Part shown: positions 32,615-41,561 of the stretch, in pieces
How positions within the stretch are numbered: position 1 is the first letter of the stretch
How the letters are laid out: every line of letters begins with the position of its first letter
From: Candidatus Methylomirabilota bacterium
GTDB lineage: Bacteria > Methylomirabilota > Methylomirabilia > Methylomirabilales > CSP1-5
Direction of reading: 5' to 3'
Length of the DNA: 64,000 nucleotides
Assembly (NCBI GenBank): GCA_027293415.1
Contig: JAPUFX010000066.1
Location: forward strand, 9,779-73,778
Program-made: the position numbers and the translations under genes
The notes under the pieces: generated by a model
What the model was told of the DNA's origin: nothing
What the model saw: only the letters and a program-made list of their open reading frames with translations
Database searches by the model: none

Positions 32615-33154
32615 ATGTCGCGGGTTGGCCGGCTGCCCATTTCCATCCCGAGTGATGTTCAGGTCTCCGTGCTCAACGGTTCCGTTGAAGTGCAGGGGCC
32701 AAATGGGCAGCTCGTGCTAGATGTGCACCCGGTCATCCGTGTCCGTGTAGAAGATGGAAAAGTTCTCTGCGACCGTTCGACTGATCAAAAACCCCACCGG
32801 GCCCTCCACGGGCTTACGCGGGCGCTGATCGCGAATATGATCCGAGGGGTGACCCAAGGATTTGAGAAGAAGCTGGAGCTGGCCGGCGTCGGTTATCGCG
32901 CTCAGGTCCAGGGTCAGACGCTTACGTTGAGCCTCGGGTATACGAACCCCGTGGTATACATGGTGCCTCCCGATATCAAGGCAACCGTGGAGGGCACGAC
33001 GCTGATCACGGTCTCCGGGATTGACAAGCAACGTGTGGGGGAAGTCGCCGCCAAGATCCGGGGCTTGCGGCCCCCGGAACCGTATAAGGGGAAGGGGGTC
33101 AAGTATGTGGGTGAGCGGATCCGTCGCAAAGCCGGAAAGGCCGGGGCGAAGTAG
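32615..33154 (+). CDS. rplF: 50S ribosomal protein L6
   Basis: ATG 32615. MSRVGRLPISIPSDVQV. Confidence 0.95.
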   Translation: MSRVGRLPISIPSDVQVSVLNGSVEVQGPNGQLVLDVHPVIRVRVEDGKVLCDRSTDQKPHRALHGLTRALIANMIRGVTQGFEKKLELAGVGYRAQVQGQTLTLSLGYTNPVVYMVPPDIKATVEGTTLITVSGIDKQRVGEVAAKIRGLRPPEPYKGKGVKYVGERIRRKAGKAGAK

Positions 33155-33162
33155 AGGGAGTT

Positions 33163-33537
33163 GTGAGCACGATTGATTGGACGAAGAAGCGGCTTGCCCG
33201 GCGGAGACGGCATCGGCGAGTGCGGAAAAGGGTCGTTGGCGTGCCTGATCAGCCTCGCCTGTCGATTTTCAAGTCTCGCCGCCATATCTACGCACAGATC
33301 ATCAACGATTTGGAGGGGCGGACGCTAGCGGCCGCTTCCACCGTCTCACCGGAATTCAAGGGCAAGGGGGGAAATCGGACAAAGGCCGATGCCGCCAAGG
33401 TCGTAGGGGAGATCCTGGCGGACAAGGCCCTCAAGCACGAGATCCGGCGAGTGGTCTTCGACCGGGGCGGGTACAAATTCCATGGACGGGTCAAGGCCTT
33501 GGCGACCGGGGCCCGGGAAAAGGGATTGACCTTCTGA
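33163..33537 (+). CDS. rplR: 50S ribosomal protein L18
   Basis: 124 aa. GTG start after GAGGGAG. C-terminus YKFHGRVKALATGAREKGLTF. Confidence 0.95.
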   Translation: MSTIDWTKKRLARRRRHRRVRKRVVGVPDQPRLSIFKSRRHIYAQIINDLEGRTLAAASTVSPEFKGKGGNRTKADAAKVVGEILADKALKHEIRRVVFDRGGYKFHGRVKALATGAREKGLTF

Positions 33538-33549
33538 TGGAGGAGGTTT

Positions 33550-34089
33550 GTGGCGACCGAACAAATCAATAGCCAAGCCTTGAACCTGGTCGAACGCGTC
33601 ATCCACATTAACCGCGTGGGAAAGGTGGTCAAGGGTGGCCGCCGCTTCAGCTTCAGCGCCTTGGTCACGGTAGGGGACCAGGCGGGGCACGTAGGGCTCG
33701 GACTGGGAAAGGCCCACGAAGTTCCGGAAGCGATTCGGAAGGGGATCGAGGCAGCCAAGAAACGCCTGATCAAGGTTCGACTCAAGGGGCGGACAATTCC
33801 TCACAGGATCCTCGGGAAGTACGGGGCAGGGCTCGTCCTGATGAAGCCGGCCTCGGAGGGGACCGGGATTGTGGCGGGTGGTGCCGCGCGAGCGGTCTTC
33901 GAGGCGGCTGGTGTTCAGAACATTCGGGCGAAGTCTTTAGGCAGCGCCAATCCCCACAATGTGGCCAAGGCGACCATGGCCGGTCTCCAGGCTCTTCGTT
34001 CTCCCGATGAGATCGGCTTGCTCCGGGGAAAGAAAGGGGAAGAGGCTGAGGAGGGACTGGGAGTGTCCGATGAGACTTCACGAGCTTAG
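33550..34089 (+). CDS. rpsE: 30S ribosomal protein S5
   Basis: 179 aa. GTG start after [28 protein letters not shown]. Short acidic C-terminal extension. Confidence 0.96.
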   Translation: MATEQINSQALNLVERVIHINRVGKVVKGGRRFSFSALVTVGDQAGHVGLGLGKAHEVPEAIRKGIEAAKKRLIKVRLKGRTIPHRILGKYGAGLVLMKPASEGTGIVAGGAARAVFEAAGVQNIRAKSLGSANPHNVAKATMAGLQALRSPDEIGLLRGKKGEEAEEGLGVSDETSRA

Positions 34090-34519
34090 CCCGGCTCCTG
34101 GCTCGCGAAAGAAGCGAAAGCGGGTGGGGCGGGGCCCGGGATCAGGACACGGGCAGACTTCGGGCCGGGGGGACAAGGGGCAGAAGGCCCGGTCGGGGGT
34201 GAGTATCCCACCCTGGTTTGAAGGAGGCCAGATGCCGCTCACCCGGCGCCTTCCAAAGCGGGGCTTTCGGAATCGCTTTCGAAAGGAGTTTGCCATCGTC
34301 AATCTCCGGGATCTGGATCGGATCGAAGCCGGGACGACGGTCACTCCTCTTCTCCTCCTGGAACGAGGTCTCATCAAGGGGGTAAAGGACGGGGTCAAGG
34401 TTCTGGGAGATGGAAATCTTTCGCATCCCGTCACGGTGGAGGCGCACCGCTTTTCTGAGGCTGCCCTCCGTAAGATCGACGCCGCAGGAGGGGCGGTCAA
34501 GGTAATCGAGGAGCCATGA
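34070..34519 (+). CDS. rplO: 50S ribosomal protein L15
   Basis: ATG 34070. [28 protein letters not shown]. Overlaps the rpsE end by 20 nt, leaving no room for rpmD. Confidence 0.94.
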   Translation: MRLHELSPAPGSRKKRKRVGRGPGSGHGQTSGRGDKGQKARSGVSIPPWFEGGQMPLTRRLPKRGFRNRFRKEFAIVNLRDLDRIEAGTTVTPLLLLERGLIKGVKDGVKVLGDGNLSHPVTVEAHRFSEAALRKIDAAGGAVKVIEEP

Positions 34520-35823
34520 GCGACTTCGCCAATATCTTCAAAGTCCCCGAACTCAGGAAGCGCCTCCTCTTCACCGGCCTGATCCTTATCGTCTACCGCA
34601 TCGGGGCGCACATCCCTACCCCTGGTATCGATGCGGCGGCATTGGGTGATATCTTCGCCAGGGCTGGCGGCACGCTCTTTGGCTTCTTCGATCTCTTCTC
34701 CGGTGGGGCATTACGGCGCGCCAGTATCTTCGCCCTCGGGATCATGCCCTATATCGATGCCTCGATCATTCTTCAGCTCTTGGCGGTGGTCGTTCCGTAT
34801 ATCGAGCGGCTCCAAAAAGAGGGGGCCGAGGGGCGGAAAAAGATTACCATGTATACCCGGTACGGGACGGTCCTCATCGCCGTGATCCAGGGGATGGGCA
34901 TTGCCATCGGGCTGGAGGGGATCACCGCGGAATCGGGGGCGCTGGTCGTGCCCAATCCCGGCTGGGGCTTTCGCATCATGACCACCCTGACCCTGACCGC
35001 CGGCAGCATCCTTCTGATGTGGTTGGGAGAGCAGATTTCAGAGCGGGGGATCGGCAATGGGATCTCACTTCTCATCTTTGCCGGAATCATCGTGAACCTT
35101 CCCTCGGCAATTTACCTTTCCTTCCAACTCATCCGGACCGGTGAGATGAAGGCCTACGTTTTCCTCTTTATCATAGTCGTTATGGTCGTAGTGGTGGCCG
35201 GGGTGGTCATTATGACGTTAGGCCAGCGGCCTATTCCAGTCCAGTATGCCAAACGGGTCGTTGGCAGGAGGGTATACGGAGGACAGGCAACACATATCCC
35301 CTTACGGGTGAACACGGCCGGCGTGATCCCTGTCATTTTCGCCGCTTCAATCATCGTGTTGCCGGCGACGGTGGCCCAGTTTATCGCGCATCCCTGGATG
35401 CAGTCGGTGGCGCAGGTACTCTCGCCGGGGTCGATCAGTTACTTTGCGCTCTACGGCGGGAGTATCATTTTCTTCACCTACTTCTATACCGCTATCATCT
35501 TTAACCCCGCCGATGTCGCGGAAAACTTGAAAAAATACGGGGGCTTCGTCCCAGGTATCCGCCCGGGCGCGAGGACGGCGGAGTATGTTGAAAAGGTGCT
35601 CGACCGGGTCACCTTCGTCGGGGCCATCTACCTGGCGCTGATCTCCATTTTTCCGGAAGTCCTGATCATGTGGGCGAATGTCCCCTTCTTCTTCGGCGGG
35701 ACCTCCCTGCTCATCGTGGTCGGCGTCGCTTTGGATACCGCGCAGCAGATCGAGGCCCATCTCGTGATGCGCCACTATGAAGGGTTCCTCAAGAAGGGAA
35801 AGATGAAGGGGCGAACCTTCTGA
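34516..35823 (+). CDS. secY: Preprotein translocase subunit SecY
   Basis: 435 aa polytopic membrane protein. ATGA overlap with rplO. Confidence 0.97.
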   Translation: MSDFANIFKVPELRKRLLFTGLILIVYRIGAHIPTPGIDAAALGDIFARAGGTLFGFFDLFSGGALRRASIFALGIMPYIDASIILQLLAVVVPYIERLQKEGAEGRKKITMYTRYGTVLIAVIQGMGIAIGLEGITAESGALVVPNPGWGFRIMTTLTLTAGSILLMWLGEQISERGIGNGISLLIFAGIIVNLPSAIYLSFQLIRTGEMKAYVFLFIIVVMVVVVAGVVIMTLGQRPIPVQYAKRVVGRRVYGGQATHIPLRVNTAGVIPVIFAASIIVLPATVAQFIAHPWMQSVAQVLSPGSISYFALYGGSIIFFTYFYTAIIFNPADVAENLKKYGGFVPGIRPGARTAEYVEKVLDRVTFVGAIYLALISIFPEVLIMWANVPFFFGGTSLLIVVGVALDTAQQIEAHLVMRHYEGFLKKGKMKGRTF

Positions 35824-35866
35824 AACTTGAAGGCGGTGGTTTTTTCGATATGCTAAGAGTTTAGGC

Positions 35867-36511
35867 ATGCAAGTCATCCTCCTCGGCCCTCCCGGGGCGG
35901 GCAAGGGGACCCAAGCCAAGATGCTGACCGAGCAATATGGGGTTCCCCAGATCTCCACCGGGGATATCCTGCGGGCCGCTGTGACTGCGGGGACTCCTCT
36001 CGGGAAAGAGGCCAAGACGTACATGGACCGGGGGGCGTTGGTCCCGGACGAGGTCGTGATCGGTATCGTCCGCGACCGCCTGACCGAGTCTGACTGTCAG
36101 GCAGGGTATCTTCTCGACGGTTTTCCCCGGACCGTGGCGCAAGCGGAGGCGCTGACGCGCATGCTGAAAGAGTTGGGGACGTCACTCCCCACCGTAGTGA
36201 GCCTCGACGTAACAGAAGAGGAATTGATCCGCCGCCTCGCCGGACGGCGAACGTGCCAGGCCTGTGGAGAACCCTTTCATGTGGAATTTCATCCTCCTCG
36301 GGTTGGCGGCATTTGTGACAAGTGCAGCGGGAATCTCATCCAACGGGACGATGATCAGGAAGAGACGGTCCGTCGGCGCCTCCAGGTCTATCGCGAGCAG
36401 ACCGAGCCGCTGATCGGGTATTATCAGAGGCAGGGACGGTTGAAGACGGTCAAGGGGCTGGGAGACACGGGAGACATCTTTGCACGGATATCGAGGGTCC
36501 TTGAAGGGTGA
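35867..36511 (+). CDS. adk: Adenylate kinase (zinc-lid type)
   Basis: [11 protein letters not shown]-loop. Lid sequence CQACGEPFH...CDKCSG. Confidence 0.96.
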   Translation: MQVILLGPPGAGKGTQAKMLTEQYGVPQISTGDILRAAVTAGTPLGKEAKTYMDRGALVPDEVVIGIVRDRLTESDCQAGYLLDGFPRTVAQAEALTRMLKELGTSLPTVVSLDVTEEELIRRLAGRRTCQACGEPFHVEFHPPRVGGICDKCSGNLIQRDDDQEETVRRRLQVYREQTEPLIGYYQRQGRLKTVKGLGDTGDIFARISRVLEG

Positions 36512-37301
36512 GACGGTCAAACTGCCGCTCCGCAGTCCCATAGAGTACAAAGCACTGTGGGAGGTGGATCGTATAGGTCAGGCCAGCCGGCTCGTTGCCG
36601 AGGCGTTGTTGGCCCTCCGGGAGGAGAGCCAACCCGGGGTGAAGACGGCAGAACTCGATCGTTTTGCCGAGGCCTTTCTCCTCGAACGGGGAGCGCAAGC
36701 TGCCTTCAAGGGATACCGGGGTTATCCGTGTACCGTGTGCACCTCGGTAAACGAAGAGGTAGTGCACGGTCTTCCCTCCGAGCGCAGGCTTCAGGAAGGA
36801 GAGATCGTGAGTTTAGACCTTGGGGCGATTGTGGAAGGGTATTATGGAGATGCGGCGCTGACCGTTCCTGTCGGGGAAATTTCTCCAGAAGCGAGGCGAC
36901 TCCTCGAGGTCACCCGCGAGGCACTGCACCGCGGGATCGCGGCAGCGGTGTCTGGTCAGCACCTGACAGATATCTCCCATGCGATTCAGACTCACGTGGA
37001 GGCTGATGGCTTCTCGGTGGTTCGGATCTTCGTTGGGCATGGAATTGGGCGGGCCCTACACGAAGAGCCTCAAATCCCCAACTTTGGCCCCCCGGGTCGT
37101 GGGCCACTCCTGAAGCCTGGAATGGTTCTGGCCATTGAACCCATGGTGAATGCCGGGACCCACGAGGTGACCATCCTCGAGGATCGATGGACCGCGGTGA
37201 CCCAGGATGGTTCGCTGTCTGCCCACTTTGAGCACACGATTGTCATCACCGAAAAGGGCCCCGAAATTCTCACCCGTTCCGAAACGGGAGAAACTTGGTA
37301 G
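36480..37301 (+). CDS. map: Type I methionine aminopeptidase
   Basis: Conserved metal ligands ([24 protein letters not shown]). The start is uncertain: TTG 36480 or TTG 36501, both overlapping the adk end. Confidence 0.9.
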   Translation: MHGYRGSLKGETVKLPLRSPIEYKALWEVDRIGQASRLVAEALLALREESQPGVKTAELDRFAEAFLLERGAQAAFKGYRGYPCTVCTSVNEEVVHGLPSERRLQEGEIVSLDLGAIVEGYYGDAALTVPVGEISPEARRLLEVTREALHRGIAAAVSGQHLTDISHAIQTHVEADGFSVVRIFVGHGIGRALHEEPQIPNFGPPGRGPLLKPGMVLAIEPMVNAGTHEVTILEDRWTAVTQDGSLSAHFEHTIVITEKGPEILTRSETGETW

Positions 37302-37308
37302 GAGGTCG

Positions 37309-37602
37309 ATGCGCAAGAGGTCCGCTGGACAGCGCAGAAAGAGGTCCGCTGGACAGCGCAAAAAGAAGTCCGCTGGACAAACCCAAAAGAAGGAAGAGGC
37401 GATCGAGGTCGAAGGGACCGTGGTCGAGCCCTTGCCGAACGCCATGTTTCGGGTGGAGTTCGAGACGGGCCACAAAGTGCTGGCCCACATATCGGGGAAG
37501 ATGCGGATGCATTTTATCCGGATCCTCCCGGGGGATAAAGTTATTGTGGAGCTCAGTCCCTACGATCTGAGCCGAGGTCGCATCATTTATCGCCATAAGT
37601 AG
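37309..37602 (+). CDS. infA: Translation initiation factor IF-1 with a repeat-encoded basic N-terminal extension
   Basis: ATG 37309 after AGGAGGT. The conserved core is [68 protein letters not shown]. It is preceded by [28 protein letters not shown]. No in-frame start lies closer to the core. Confidence 0.9.
   Translation: MRKRSAGQRRKRSAGQRKKKSAGQTQKKEEAIEVEGTVVEPLPNAMFRVEFETGHKVLAHISGKMRMHFIRILPGDKVIVELSPYDLSRGRIIYRHK
37315..37386 (+). repeat. 24-bp tandem repeat x3 inside the infA 5' coding region
   Basis: Copy 1: aagaggtccgctggacagcgcaga. Copy 2: aagaggtccgctggacagcgcaaa. Copy 3: aagaagtccgctggacaaacccaa. Confidence 0.9.
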
Positions 37603-37604
37603 TT

Positions 37605-37677
37605 GTCGGCTGTCAGCAGTCCGCAGTCAGCTTTGACCCGCGATAGTAATTGCTGACAGCTGATGGTTGACAGCAGG
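37605..37677. repeat. Heptad inverted repeat, class B
   Basis: Left arm GTCGGCT GTCAGCA GTCCGCA GTCAGCT. Right arm GCTGACA GCTGATG GTTGACA GCAGG, running into the rpmJ SD AGGAGG. Confidence 0.8.
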
Positions 37678-37685
37678 AGGCTGAA

Positions 37686-37799
37686 GTGAAGGTGCGGGCG
37701 TCGGTAAAACGAATCTGTGAGAAGTGCAAGGTAATCAAGCGGAAAGGGGTTGTCCGGATCGTCTGCGAAAACCCTCGACACAAACAGCGACAGGGCTAG
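37686..37799 (+). CDS. rpmJ: 50S ribosomal protein L36 (zinc form)
   Basis: Hand-translated 37 aa: [40 protein letters not shown] start after AGGAGG. Below the ORF-track cutoff. Confidence 0.92.
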   Translation: MKVRASVKRICEKCKVIKRKGVVRIVCENPRHKQRQG

Positions 37800-37863
37800 C
37801 GCAGACAGAAGACCGATGACCGTCGTAACCGGGTCGTCGATCAACGGATGACGAGGAGGACAA

Positions 37864-38235
37864 ATGGCGCGAATCGCAGGCGTGGATCTTCCGCGCGAGA
37901 AACGGCTGGAGGTGGCTCTCACTTACATCTTTGGGATCGGTCGCTCGTCTTCTCGCAGGATCCTGAGTGAGGCCAATGTCAGCACTGATGTGCGCGTGAA
38001 GAACTTGACCGAAGATGAGGTGAATCGCATTCGGCGGGTGATCGAGGAACAGTTTAAGGTCGAGGGAGACCTCCGTCGAGATGTGGGCATGAACATCAAG
38101 CGACTTATGGACATCGGCAGCTACCGGGGTCTCAGACATCGACGGGGGCTTCCGGTCCGGGGCCAGCGGACTCATACGAATGCCCGGACCCGGAAAGGCC
38201 CTCGCCGCACGGTAGGTGCCCGGCGGAAGAGGTAG
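37864..38235 (+). CDS. rpsM: 30S ribosomal protein S13
   Basis: 123 aa. [14 protein letters not shown]. Confidence 0.97.
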   Translation: MARIAGVDLPREKRLEVALTYIFGIGRSSSRRILSEANVSTDVRVKNLTEDEVNRIRRVIEEQFKVEGDLRRDVGMNIKRLMDIGSYRGLRHRRGLPVRGQRTHTNARTRKGPRRTVGARRKR

Positions 38236-38245
38236 GAGGGAAACC

Positions 38246-38650
38246 ATGGCGGCAACGCGACGACGGGGAGGGGCCCGGGCCGTTCCCAAGAGGGAGGCCA
38301 AGAACATCACACAAGGAGTCGCCCATGTCCAGGCCACCTTCAATAATACCATCGTGACCATTACCGACCCGCAGGGGAATGTGGTGACCTGGGCCAGTGC
38401 CGGCAGTGTGGGCTTCAAGGGGTCACGAAAGAGTACTCCTTTTGCTGCTCAGACTGCCGCGGAGAATGCGGCTCAGAAAGCCATGTCGCATGGGATGAGA
38501 GAGGTGAGGGTCTATGTGAAGGGCCCGGGGGCTGGTCGGGAGGCGGCGATCCGAGCACTGCAGGCAGCGGGACTCGAGATTACGACGATCAAAGATGCGA
38601 CGCCCGTTCCGCACAATGGCTGCCGCCCGCCGAAGCGTCGGAGGGTATGA
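38246..38650 (+). CDS. rpsK: 30S ribosomal protein S11
   Basis: ATG 38246 after [24 protein letters not shown]. Confidence 0.96.
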   Translation: MAATRRRGGARAVPKREAKNITQGVAHVQATFNNTIVTITDPQGNVVTWASAGSVGFKGSRKSTPFAAQTAAENAAQKAMSHGMREVRVYVKGPGAGREAAIRALQAAGLEITTIKDATPVPHNGCRPPKRRRV

Positions 38651-38668
38651 CGGGAAGGAGTCTCAACT

Positions 38669-39298
38669 GTGGCACGATATACCGGTTCTGTTTGTAAACT
38701 GTGTCGACGGGAAGGATTGAAACTGTTCCTGAAAGGGGACCGGTGCTTCAGTCCCAAGTGTGCCATTGAGAAGCGCAACTACCCCCCGGGCGAGCACGGA
38801 CAACGGCGTGTGAAGAAGGTAACTGACTATGGGCTTCAGCTGCGCGAAAAGCAAAAGATGAAGCGGGTTTACAGCATCTTGGAGCGGCAATTCCGCAACT
38901 ATTTCCATATGGCCGAGCGACAGAAAGGAATGACCGGGGAGAATCTTCTCCGCTTGTTGGAGCGGCGGCTGGATAATGTGGTCTACCGTGTAGGCTTTGC
39001 CTCGTCTCGGGTTGAGGCTCGCCAGATCGTCAGACATGGTCACCTCTTGGTGAATGGCCGGAGGGTAGACATTCCTTCCTATCTGGTTCGGCCTGGAGAC
39101 CACGTGCAGGTCTCGGACAAAAGTCGTGAAATGCTGGCGATCAAGGCGGCCTTGGAGGGGGTCAAGAAGCGGGAACTTCCCTCCTGGCTTGAGTTGGATC
39201 CCCAGGCCATGCGGGGTGTGGTCCGGGCCCTCCCTGCTCGGGAAGATATCGTCATTCCGGTCCAAGAGCAGTTGGTGGTGGCCCTGTATTCTAAATAG
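38669..39298 (+). CDS. rpsD: 30S ribosomal protein S4
   Basis: 209 aa. [19 protein letters not shown] start. Confidence 0.97.
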   Translation: MARYTGSVCKLCRREGLKLFLKGDRCFSPKCAIEKRNYPPGEHGQRRVKKVTDYGLQLREKQKMKRVYSILERQFRNYFHMAERQKGMTGENLLRLLERRLDNVVYRVGFASSRVEARQIVRHGHLLVNGRRVDIPSYLVRPGDHVQVSDKSREMLAIKAALEGVKKRELPSWLELDPQAMRGVVRALPAREDIVIPVQEQLVVALYSK

Positions 39299-39351
39299 CG
39301 CCGCGTAGCGCACAAGTCCCCCTTGGGGCGGGGACACGGAGGTTGTCGTTG

Positions 39352-40341
39352 ATGCTGCAAAAAGTAAAAGGTTTTCACAAGCCGAAGGGGCTAGAGTGTG
39401 AGCTCGAGACCTTGACGAGTACTTACGGGAAGTTCATTGCCGAGCCATTGGAACGGGGATTCGGCCAGACCTTGGGGAACTCCCTGCGCCGGATCCTCCT
39501 CTCCTCCATCGAGGGGGGGGCGGTGACCACGGTCCGGATCGCGAGTGTCCACCATGAGTTTTCCACCATCCCTGGTGTGAAGGAAGACGTAACCGATCTT
39601 ATCCTGAATATCAAAGGCCTCCGCGTCAAGATGGCAGTGGAGGGGCCGAAGACTCTACACCTGAAGGCCACCGGCCCGGGAGAGGTCCGGGCTTCCCAGA
39701 TTGTGTCCGATGCCGAGGTGGAGATTGTGGACCCCAACTTTTATATTGCAACTCTCGACAAAGATGGGCAGTTGCAGATGGAGATTGAGGTGGGCAGGGG
39801 GCGGGGTTACGCTTCTGCAGAGCGGAACAAGCGGGAGAATCAACCTGTGGATGTTATCGCCGTCGATTCAGTCTTCTCTCCCATCGTTCGGGTCAACTAC
39901 CAGGTGGAAGATACGCGGGTGGGTCACGCCACCGATTATAACAAGCTGACCCTCGAGGTCTGGACCGATGGAAGTATACTGCCGAAAGAGGCGGTGGTCT
40001 CTGCGGCCCGGATCCTCAAAGATCATCTCAACATCTTCAGCACCTTTGATGAGAGAGATGAGGAGCCGGAGCGGGTGGCGGATGCGGAGAAAGAGCGCCT
40101 CGTTGAATATCTGGCCCGAAGCGTGGATGAGTTGGAACTCTCTGTCCGCTCGGCCAACTGTCTCAAGAATTCCGATATTCAATATATCTGGCAGCTGGTT
40201 CAAAAGAGCGAGGCCGAGATGCTCAAGACCAAGAACTTCGGGCGGAAATCCTTGAACGAGATCAAAGAGATCTTATCCGGAATGGACCTCCATTTCGGGA
40301 TGAACCTTGACAACATTCCCGGCGGTCCCTGGTCAGCCTAA
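39352..40341 (+). CDS. rpoA: DNA-directed RNA polymerase subunit alpha
   Basis: ATG 39352 lies 9 nt after GGAGG (the track TTG 39343 is the alternative). Alpha NTD and CTD ([12 protein letters not shown]). Confidence 0.96.
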   Translation: MLQKVKGFHKPKGLECELETLTSTYGKFIAEPLERGFGQTLGNSLRRILLSSIEGGAVTTVRIASVHHEFSTIPGVKEDVTDLILNIKGLRVKMAVEGPKTLHLKATGPGEVRASQIVSDAEVEIVDPNFYIATLDKDGQLQMEIEVGRGRGYASAERNKRENQPVDVIAVDSVFSPIVRVNYQVEDTRVGHATDYNKLTLEVWTDGSILPKEAVVSAARILKDHLNIFSTFDERDEEPERVADAEKERLVEYLARSVDELELSVRSANCLKNSDIQYIWQLVQKSEAEMLKTKNFGRKSLNEIKEILSGMDLHFGMNLDNIPGGPWSA

Positions 40342-40374
40342 GAGGAGGACCGACGAAGGTTGAGGGGATAACGG

Positions 40375-40803
40375 ATGCGGCATCGGAAACTTCGAAGGAA
40401 GCTCGGACGGACTTCGGCTCATCGAGAGGCCTTGCTGCGCAACCTGACGACTTCTCTGCTTCTCTATGAGAAGATCATCACGACTGTCGCTAAGGCCAAG
40501 GAGCTTCGCAAGATCGCGGAGCGGATGATCACGCTGGCCAAACGAAATGATCTGCACGCCCGCCGACAAGCGGCAGACGTAATCCAGAATGAGCGGGTGT
40601 TGAAGAAGCTCTTTGAGACCATCGGCGAGCGGTACCGGGGGCGCAACGGGGGCTACACCCGAATTACCAAGCTCGAGTATCGGGTGGGGGATGGGGCCCC
40701 CCTGGCTGCGGTCGAACTGGTGGGCGCTGAGGTGAGCCCTGAGGTGGCGGCCAAGCGCGGGAAGAAGGAGAAAAAGAAAGAGAAACAAGCCGCTTCCCCC
40801 TAA
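40375..40803 (+). CDS. rplQ: 50S ribosomal protein L17 with a Lys-rich C-terminal tail
   Basis: 142 aa. [24 protein letters not shown]. Tail is [16 protein letters not shown]. Confidence 0.96.
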   Translation: MRHRKLRRKLGRTSAHREALLRNLTTSLLLYEKIITTVAKAKELRKIAERMITLAKRNDLHARRQAADVIQNERVLKKLFETIGERYRGRNGGYTRITKLEYRVGDGAPLAAVELVGAEVSPEVAAKRGKKEKKKEKQAASP

Positions 40804-40820
40804 CCCCTTTCGCCACGAGT

Positions 40821-40857
40821 AGCCCTGGAACAACTACGGTTTCAGGGCTTTTCTTTT
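40821..40857 (+). terminator. Rho-independent terminator after rplQ
   Basis: Stem agccctg / cagggct with a 14-nt loop, followed by TTTTCTTTT. Confidence 0.7.
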
Positions 40858-40869
40858 GCCCGGCCTGTG

Positions 40870-41334
40870 CTACTCCTCCTCTATTGTGCCAGTGTACTCG
40901 ATGGCGATCCCCCGCCGTACGCTCTGCGAGGCAGGACACCCCTTCTCATGGATTTCGATCGCCCGCTCAGCGTCCGAACGTTTTCCCTGAGGAACCTTCA
41001 CGTGATAGCGCACGCTGATCTTGGTGATCAGCGGGTGCCCATCGACGTTTTCAATAGAGCCCTCGACCTCTGACCAGAGTTTATCCGGGTGCGTCGGAAT
41101 CTTCCGCGCCGCTAGCGCCACGGCTAGCGTGCCCGTCATTCAGCCCGCCACAGCAGAAATCACGTGATCGAGCGTGGTCGGCAAATCCTCTTCCGGCTCC
41201 ACCCCGTAAAATTTCTTGATCCCGCCGTGGATCCCGTAGTGCACCGGCTCCGTGAATGACTCGATGTAGGCTCGCCGGACCGGCCCTTTGTCTTTGAAGA
41301 TCTTGGTCTTCGAGGTGTGGATCAGTTCTCCCAT
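40870..41334 (-). CDS. OsmC/YhfA-family protein with an in-frame TGA at the conserved Cys position (candidate selenoprotein; track ORFs 41140..41334 and 40870..41139 joined)
   Basis: The two adjacent same-frame minus ORFs read ...DHVISAVAG-TGA-MTGTLAVALAARK... . The second family Cys is present in HEKGCPASQS. A strong SD AGGAGG precedes ATG 41334. The joined length of 154 codons fits the family. Confidence 0.6.
41108..41132 (-). promoter_or_regulatory. SECIS-like mRNA hairpin downstream of the in-frame UGA
   Basis: The mRNA reads UGA AUG ACG GGC A CGCUAGC CGUGGC GCUAGCG GC. A 7-bp perfect stem plus 2 extra pairs starts about 11 nt after the UGA, with G and U in the 6-nt apical loop. Confidence 0.45.
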
Positions 41335-41561
41335 GGTCTCCTCCTGTCTTCAGCGGGGGTCAAACGATCTGCGGGGTGCTTTGCTGGTGGATTTCTACCA
41401 CCGTGTTGGGCGTGGACAAGGTACCAGGCAGGAGTCACCCGCGTCAAGGCAAACATGGTTTTAATTTTTCCCTTTACACCACGACAGGCTGTGTGCTACC
41501 TAGAAGCCCGGGGATTTCCTGCCTGCATCATCAGGTGATGCTGATCATGGGGGGGGATTCC

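Noticed and set aside
40870-41334. Treating the split OsmC-like gene as a simple pseudogene, or as two small genes.
   Set aside because: This is not fully excluded, but four points argue against decay. There is a single TGA exactly at the conserved Cys. Both halves keep an intact frame and motifs. Only one SD is present. A hairpin follows at SECIS distance. It is reported as a candidate selenoprotein, with the pseudogene reading as the alternative.
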